A stretch of 64,000 nucleotides of DNA, from contig JAZDIN010000025.1 of NCBI GenBank assembly GCA_043804895.1, positions 32,001-96,000 of the forward strand. Direction: 5' to 3'. The DNA comes from Candidatus Altiarchaeota archaeon. GTDB lineage: Archaea; Altiarchaeota; Altiarchaeia; IMC4; SCGC-AAA252-I15. This document shows positions 58,779-64,000 of this stretch, one piece after another. A program made the translations under genes and the position numbers. The notes beneath the pieces were generated by a model. It had not been told where the DNA came from. It made no database searches and saw only the letters and a program-made list of their open reading frames with translations. The first letter of the stretch is position 1. Each line of letters starts with the position of its first letter.

Positions 58779-60263
58779 ATGGGCGGATTCGTAAAGACTA
58801 ACGGCGGGATCTGGGTGCCACCTAACACTCTAGGACTTGATTCTGCAATCGGAACTGAGGAGGTGAAGGAGGCTGGAGAAGGCAAGGGAATAAAGAATTT
58901 AAGACAACTCCAGATGACAGTGTTTAGGGAATTAAAGCGTCTGAAGGATGATAAGCCGGATGCGGTGGCAGCGGCTTTGCGCGGCATACTGTTTAAGGAT
59001 TCATTTACGCTTAGATGGGAATTGGTAGGCAAGGCTCCACTGGCAGTGGCAAGGAGCCTGGAACTGCCAGAAGGCACACAATTAGATGTTTACCAAGAAC
59101 AGCAGAGGCATAACCTCCAAGACATGCTGGTTTGTAAGGTCCCAGACGCTGTGGCCCCCACACTGGAACGTGATGACTCAGACGCTGCATGGGAACTCAG
59201 GGATAAGATGATGAAGGGGCGAATATATTCGAATGTGCTTAGGAGCCTAATCGGAGTCGGTTCAAAGCGTGCGGAGAAACTCTTGGATGCGTTGAAAGAT
59301 AAGGAACCAGAGGCTGTGATTGCGACCCGTAAGGGCGTGTTCACAGACCATGCGAAGAAACTCAGAATCGAGATGAAGGAAAGCTTCCCCGGGCCGGTGG
59401 CATTAAGCCTTGAAGGAGACGATTCAGAATTTTCGCGGAGCCTCTTGGATGAGTTGAAGGGTAAAGTGCCGTGGCAGACTGTTTACAGCCGCAGGCGAGT
59501 GTCCAGCGAACATGCGGACAATCTTAGGAAGGCGGGTATATTCGACAACTCCCATGCCGTGGCGGAGAGCTTGGATGGAGTACACACAGACCAAGCCTAT
59601 GATCTCATGGAGATGCTGTTAATCAAGGAACCCATGCTCATTGCCATCCGGTTGCGCAGGGATAACTCAGAGCGGGCGCAGGAAATCAGAAATAAGATAG
59701 AGAAGCGCGCTTATTCGGATCTTATTCTGGCTGTGAGCCTTGGGGGGGTAACCACGGAAGAGGCGCAGGACATGAGGGAGAGGATTTTAAGACGTGAATC
59801 AAAAGCCAACTCCCAGGCGTATCTGGATTTAGCCGAAAAAGAGAATAAACGGATTGAGCCTCTGCTCAACATTGAAGAAGGCAAAGGCGACATAGACAAT
59901 GAAAAAGGCGATAAGCGGCTTTTCGTTCATGGTGGTTCAACACTTAATAAGAGTTTGTTGAAAGAATTATACTCCGACAATTCATTATTTCGCAACGGTG
60001 TTGGGTTAGATTTGGACAGGTTGGATAGGGGGTGGAACGACTTGAATAAGAAGGAAATCCTGCTACAGTCTGTTGTCGTCCGTGGTTTGGAGGGAGTATT
60101 CACAGAAAGGGCGCAGAAAATCAGAAGAATGCTCCTGGCTATTATGCCTGGAGAGGTGGCTGAGAGTCTAAGCGGCTCACCACCTCAATATAAGCTGGAA
60201 CTTGCGGAACTGCTGTTGTACTTCAAAGATGACCCATACGTTCTCGCCTCCCTGTTGAAGTAA
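58779..60263 (+). CDS. Hypothetical protein with ~27-aa helical repeats (alpha-solenoid-like)
   Basis: Repeat consensus VAxSLxGVx(S/T)ExAxxLRxxLxxxxP recurs about 10 times. Confidence 0.65.
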   Translation: MGGFVKTNGGIWVPPNTLGLDSAIGTEEVKEAGEGKGIKNLRQLQMTVFRELKRLKDDKPDAVAAALRGILFKDSFTLRWELVGKAPLAVARSLELPEGTQLDVYQEQQRHNLQDMLVCKVPDAVAPTLERDDSDAAWELRDKMMKGRIYSNVLRSLIGVGSKRAEKLLDALKDKEPEAVIATRKGVFTDHAKKLRIEMKESFPGPVALSLEGDDSEFSRSLLDELKGKVPWQTVYSRRRVSSEHADNLRKAGIFDNSHAVAESLDGVHTDQAYDLMEMLLIKEPMLIAIRLRRDNSERAQEIRNKIEKRAYSDLILAVSLGGVTTEEAQDMRERILRRESKANSQAYLDLAEKENKRIEPLLNIEEGKGDIDNEKGDKRLFVHGGSTLNKSLLKELYSDNSLFRNGVGLDLDRLDRGWNDLNKKEILLQSVVVRGLEGVFTERAQKIRRMLLAIMPGEVAESLSGSPPQYKLELAELLLYFKDDPYVLASLLK

Positions 60264-60338
60264 TAAATCTAACTTTTCCCCTGCTCTAGGCCAGCTTCTT
60301 TAATCCTGTACAGCCATCAGATAATCGATTACACAACC

Positions 60339-60399
60339 ACTTGGAATCTGGCGGGCGGCTCACTTGTGAGTTCCTCACCCGCCCGCCGGACGCCCAAGT
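60339..60399. other. GC-rich stem-loop upstream of the PspC-domain gene
   Basis: TCTGGCGGGCGG (60347-60358) pairs with CCGCCCGCCGGA (60379-60390); inner CTCAC/GTGAG; outer ACTTGG/CCAAGT. Confidence 0.65.
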
Positions 60400-60427
60400 A
60401 TATAACCTCCACCTTCCTATCCTCTCC

Positions 60428-60634
60428 ATGGCAAATGAAAACGAGCCTAAGAGGCTGTTCAGAAGCCGCGAAAACAGGATACTCGGTGGAGTACTCGGCG
60501 GAGTAGGCGAATACCTGAACACAGACCCGGTGGCTGTCAGAGTAGCCTATGTCATAGCGGCGCTACTAACCGGCGTAGGCCCCCTACTTGTCGGCTATGT
60601 CATACTGTGGTTCATAATACCTGAGCGGAAATAA
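60428..60634 (+). CDS. pspC: PspC-domain membrane protein
   Basis: KRLFRSRENRILGGVLGGVGEYLNTDPVAVR...YVILWFIIP. Confidence 0.9.
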   Translation: MANENEPKRLFRSRENRILGGVLGGVGEYLNTDPVAVRVAYVIAALLTGVGPLLVGYVILWFIIPERK

Positions 60635-60636
60635 TA

Positions 60637-61905
60637 CTACCTGGATTTTCTTATCCACTCCTTGCCGGTGTTCACAAGCTCATCTAATCTCTTCCGCGTC
60701 TTCGCCTCAGCAGTTATCCTGACGTAATCCTCGGTGCCGGAAGGTCTGATGAGCACCCAACCGTAGTCGTATCCGACTCTTATGCCGTCGACGTCCGTGT
60801 AATCGAGTGTCTTGAGGTCCCTCCTCAGGTTGGCCATCACCTTCTCTTTCTCATCTATCCGGCAGGGTATCTTAACACGTTCCATAGGATACGATGGTAT
60901 TTCGGTAACAGTCTCGTAGAAATCGCCGTCAGCGACCATCCGAACTGCCTTCGCCACGGTCGCAACCCCGTCAGGGAAGATGTGGATGTCAGGGAAGATG
61001 TATGTCCCGCTTGGTTCGCCTCCGAATCCTGCTTTGTTCCTCCTTATCCCCTCCGCGACTGCGACGTCGCCGACCGCGACCCTGATGACCTTCCTACAGT
61101 ACTCCTCAACCCTCATCGAGGCGTCCACTGTCGTAACGACCTTGTCATACTGCGACGCCAGGGCAGTCAGGAACGTGTCCCACTCGATTAGACTGCCGTC
61201 AGGGCCTATGGCGCATGTCCTGTCCGCGTCCCCGTCATGGGCGAATCCGATGTCGACCTTATTTTTTCCGACAATCCTGCAGGTATCCTTAAGGTTCTCC
61301 GCAGTCGGCTCAAGGGGGTGGGGGAATACGCCGTCGCAGTTGTCATTCACAACCTTCGTCTCACAACCCATCCTATCAAGCAGCCTAGGCGTCACGACGC
61401 TTCCAGCCCCGCCTGCGCAGTCCAGAAGCACCTTCACTCCATCAGCATCCTTCACCCTCTTCCGTATCAACTCAATATGTCTTCTGACGTAATCGGCGTC
61501 TTTAACGCTGCCTCGACCATTCTTGAATTTTCCCGCAATAAAATTCTCCTCAACCTTTCCCTCGTCACCTGGCTTGAAGGCTCCCTCCTTGTTGAAGAAC
61601 TTGAACCCGTTGTATTCCGGCGGATTATGGGATGCAGTCACGACTACCCCCACACCTAACTTGGCAGTCGCGACCCCGACTGTCGGAGTCGGCACAACAC
61701 CCAGTCGGACAACATTCCTCCCGCTAGATAACACTCCTGATATGAACGCATCCTGAAGTCTCGGGCCGGACTTCCGCGTGTCCCTGCCGACTGCCACGTC
61801 AGATTTGATGCAGGAGCCGAGGGCCCTGCCGAGGTCAGATGCGAACCCGTCGGTGAGCTCCCCCTCCCTCCTGCGTATTCCTGATGTTCCGAACAAACCT
61901 GACAT
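60637..61905 (-). CDS. Phosphoglucosamine mutase / phosphomannomutase
   Basis: LFGTSGIR, TASHNP, HDGDADR, GGEPSG and IRPSGTE. Confidence 0.92.
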   Translation of the reverse strand: MSGLFGTSGIRRREGELTDGFASDLGRALGSCIKSDVAVGRDTRKSGPRLQDAFISGVLSSGRNVVRLGVVPTPTVGVATAKLGVGVVVTASHNPPEYNGFKFFNKEGAFKPGDEGKVEENFIAGKFKNGRGSVKDADYVRRHIELIRKRVKDADGVKVLLDCAGGAGSVVTPRLLDRMGCETKVVNDNCDGVFPHPLEPTAENLKDTCRIVGKNKVDIGFAHDGDADRTCAIGPDGSLIEWDTFLTALASQYDKVVTTVDASMRVEEYCRKVIRVAVGDVAVAEGIRRNKAGFGGEPSGTYIFPDIHIFPDGVATVAKAVRMVADGDFYETVTEIPSYPMERVKIPCRIDEKEKVMANLRRDLKTLDYTDVDGIRVGYDYGWVLIRPSGTEDYVRITAEAKTRKRLDELVNTGKEWIRKSR

Positions 61906-61947
61906 CTTTTGGGTTATAAGATAGTCTGTCCCGTTATTTAATATAAG

Positions 61948-62928
61948 ATGGTAAAGGAGCATGAAAAGCCTGATGAAACACTCACAAGAATGTTAGGCTT
62001 AACTCCAAAGAATAAGGGCGAGTTATCCTATGCGCGCGAATGGGAACCAGGCCTTAAGGCGGGCATAGATGACCTAATAGCTGACATTAAAAGGCGCAGT
62101 GAACTCCCTCTCCATGAGGAAGCGCGTATCCGGAAAACAGCCGAGCTCGTAATGGATGCGCATAAGTTCCAGACGAGGAAGGATGATATTACTCCATATT
62201 TCATGCACCAGCTCGATGTCACCAAAAAGTTAGTCAACCTTTTCGGCGTAACAGACCCGCTTGTGATACAAGTGTCCCTGCTCCATGACACCCGTGAGGA
62301 CCAGGTGGAGATATATGACAAGCTCATGGACGAGTTATACCCTGACTTGTCAGGAGAGGATAAGGCCAAACATCTCAGCCTCATACACCTTGGCGTAAGA
62401 CTGCTTTCAAAGCTGAAGGAGCCCAAGTACACGGAACAGTACGCTCACCTACCCGAGCCTGAGCGTAAGGCGAAACTACTTGACGAATATTTCGAGCGCA
62501 TGGTCAACCCACACGCATTCTACGACAAGGAGAAGACATCCGATGACCTTGCATATTCACCGTACGACGACGTTTTCATACGCAAAATGCAACTTGTGAA
62601 GTTGTCTGATATCCTCTCCAACACAGGTGATTTGATTCATCTCTTCAGGCCTGGTTTGGAATTAAGCGAGTCCGCGACTAATCACCCCGGACGCTTCTTC
62701 CCAGAGGTCGTCGGCGTAGCCATCCCCAACTTTGTCGAAGCTTCCAAGCAACTAACAGACCTTGACAAAAAAAAGTTCTATGACGAGCTAGTGTATAATA
62801 TGGGAAAGTATTCTAACCTCGATTTGGATGATTATCCGAATGCCACCCCTCTGAAGGAGGCGGTGCAGAAGGAGCTCAGGGACTGGAAACTGAATGAGTT
62901 GAAGGTGAAATACTCCACTGCGATATAA
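61948..62928 (+). CDS. Stand-alone RelA/SpoT-type HD hydrolase domain protein (Mesh1/SAH-like)
   Basis: AHKFQTRK...PYFMH, LLHDTRED and VKLSDILSN. Confidence 0.7.
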   Translation: MVKEHEKPDETLTRMLGLTPKNKGELSYAREWEPGLKAGIDDLIADIKRRSELPLHEEARIRKTAELVMDAHKFQTRKDDITPYFMHQLDVTKKLVNLFGVTDPLVIQVSLLHDTREDQVEIYDKLMDELYPDLSGEDKAKHLSLIHLGVRLLSKLKEPKYTEQYAHLPEPERKAKLLDEYFERMVNPHAFYDKEKTSDDLAYSPYDDVFIRKMQLVKLSDILSNTGDLIHLFRPGLELSESATNHPGRFFPEVVGVAIPNFVEASKQLTDLDKKKFYDELVYNMGKYSNLDLDDYPNATPLKEAVQKELRDWKLNELKVKYSTAI

Positions 62929-62933
62929 CCAGT

Positions 62934-63872
62934 CTACTTCAACAGGGCGAGCCTCGCCAGTAGTGCCTCAAGTTGTATTCGTTCGTTCGCGCCTTCCACC
63001 AGGGTGAAGTTCGCCTCCCCGACGAGGTCTATTATCCTCACCTTCACCTTGTCGTCTGCGTCGAGGTTCATGGCCTCCCGGTTCATCTGCAGGAGTATGT
63101 CTTCGCCGCTGAGGCCTACGTTCAGCATCAGTTTGTCGAGGAGGTTTCTGGCGTCCAGGAACTTCCCATCCAAAGCTAGCTTGAGTATCGTCTTTATGTC
63201 CTCAGGCCTCGCCCTTGTGGTTATCGCATACACGTTCTCCTCGTTGACAGCGCCTAAGGCGGCGGCGCTCTGGAGTATGTTTATGGCCTTTCTCATGTCT
63301 CCTTCGCTGACGTAGACTATCGCCTCAAGGCCGTTCTGGTCGTGTTTTATGTTCTCGTGTTTCAATATCTTCTCCAGGTACTTCTTCACCGACTCCTTCG
63401 TGAGTCTGGTGAACCTGAACACCGCGCACCTGCTTTGTATCGGCTCGATTATCTTCGATGAATAGTTGCATGACAGTATGAACCTGCACGTTGCGGTGTA
63501 CTGTTCCATCGTCCTCCTCAGGGCGTTTTGGGCGTCGCTTGTCAGCGAGTCTGACTCGTCCAGGAATATTATCTTATACTCCCCCATCAGCGGCTTCGTC
63601 CTTGCGAAATCCTTTATCTTGTTCCTGACGACGTCAATGCCACGCTCATCAGAGGCGTTCAACTCCAGGAAATCATGGCTTATGTCGCCGAATAGTTCCC
63701 TTGCAATGCACATCGCAGCCGTCGTCTTCCCGACGCCTGCAGGCCCTGCGAACATCAGATGAGGCATGCTCTTAGCCTTCACATAAGCCTCCAGACGGCC
63801 TACTATCCCCTCCTGGCCGGCTATCTCCGAAAGTCTCTTAGGCCGGTACTTCTCAGTCCAAGGCAGGTCCAT
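62934..63872 (-). CDS. rfcS: Replication factor C small subunit
   Basis: PWTEKYRP, GPAGVGKTT, ELNASDERG and SRC. Confidence 0.96.
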   Translation of the reverse strand: MDLPWTEKYRPKRLSEIAGQEGIVGRLEAYVKAKSMPHLMFAGPAGVGKTTAAMCIARELFGDISHDFLELNASDERGIDVVRNKIKDFARTKPLMGEYKIIFLDESDSLTSDAQNALRRTMEQYTATCRFILSCNYSSKIIEPIQSRCAVFRFTRLTKESVKKYLEKILKHENIKHDQNGLEAIVYVSEGDMRKAINILQSAAALGAVNEENVYAITTRARPEDIKTILKLALDGKFLDARNLLDKLMLNVGLSGEDILLQMNREAMNLDADDKVKVRIIDLVGEANFTLVEGANERIQLEALLARLALLK

Positions 63873-63945
63873 ATCCCTAATTAATGGTCATGGTAGTTAA
63901 AGAACATTCTATCCTGTTTTTTAATTTAGGTGAATAATACTTTCC

Positions 63946-64000
63946 ATGCCAATGAAACCCAGAAGGAGGGGGCTCGTTGGCCTGGATACTCTCATACTTT
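63946..64000 (+). CDS. Partial archaellin/type IV pilin-like protein (class III signal peptide)
   Basis: MPMKPRRRG|LVGLDTLIL... runs off the window end. Confidence 0.5.
   Translation, partial: MPMKPRRRGLVGLDTLIL

Overview
Archaeal chromosomal segment, judged from L40e, S17e, L44e, S27e, GINS, archease, RFC, CDC48, tRNAs lacking CCA and many apparently leaderless genes. The lineage cannot be fixed from sequence alone. Housekeeping genes lie at both ends (1-8.4 kb and 54.9-64 kb). They flank a ~46 kb surface-glycan/glycolipid island (8.4-54.8 kb) containing an AglH-like initiating transferase, 5 GT4, 6 GT2 and 2 GT-C-like glycosyltransferases, several flippase types, 2 AsnB amidotransferases, 7 NDP-sugar SDRs, 4 SAM methyltransferases and 5 radical SAM enzymes. 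Highlights: (1) an initiator tRNA-Met split by two 35-nt BHB-type introns, overlapped at its 3' end by a free-standing LAGLIDADG endonuclease gene; (2) a TRAM-less methylthiotransferase-like radical SAM gene between the two halves of a split transketolase in a CDP-sugar operon; (3) an HpnJ-like B12 radical SAM with HpnA/HpnI/HpnL-like neighbours; (4) a complete GDP-heptose (or octose) pathway split across both island ends; (5) four structured intergenic elements, one a candidate ~100-nt sRNA with its own TATA box. All protein calls come from motif recognition by eye, not database searches.
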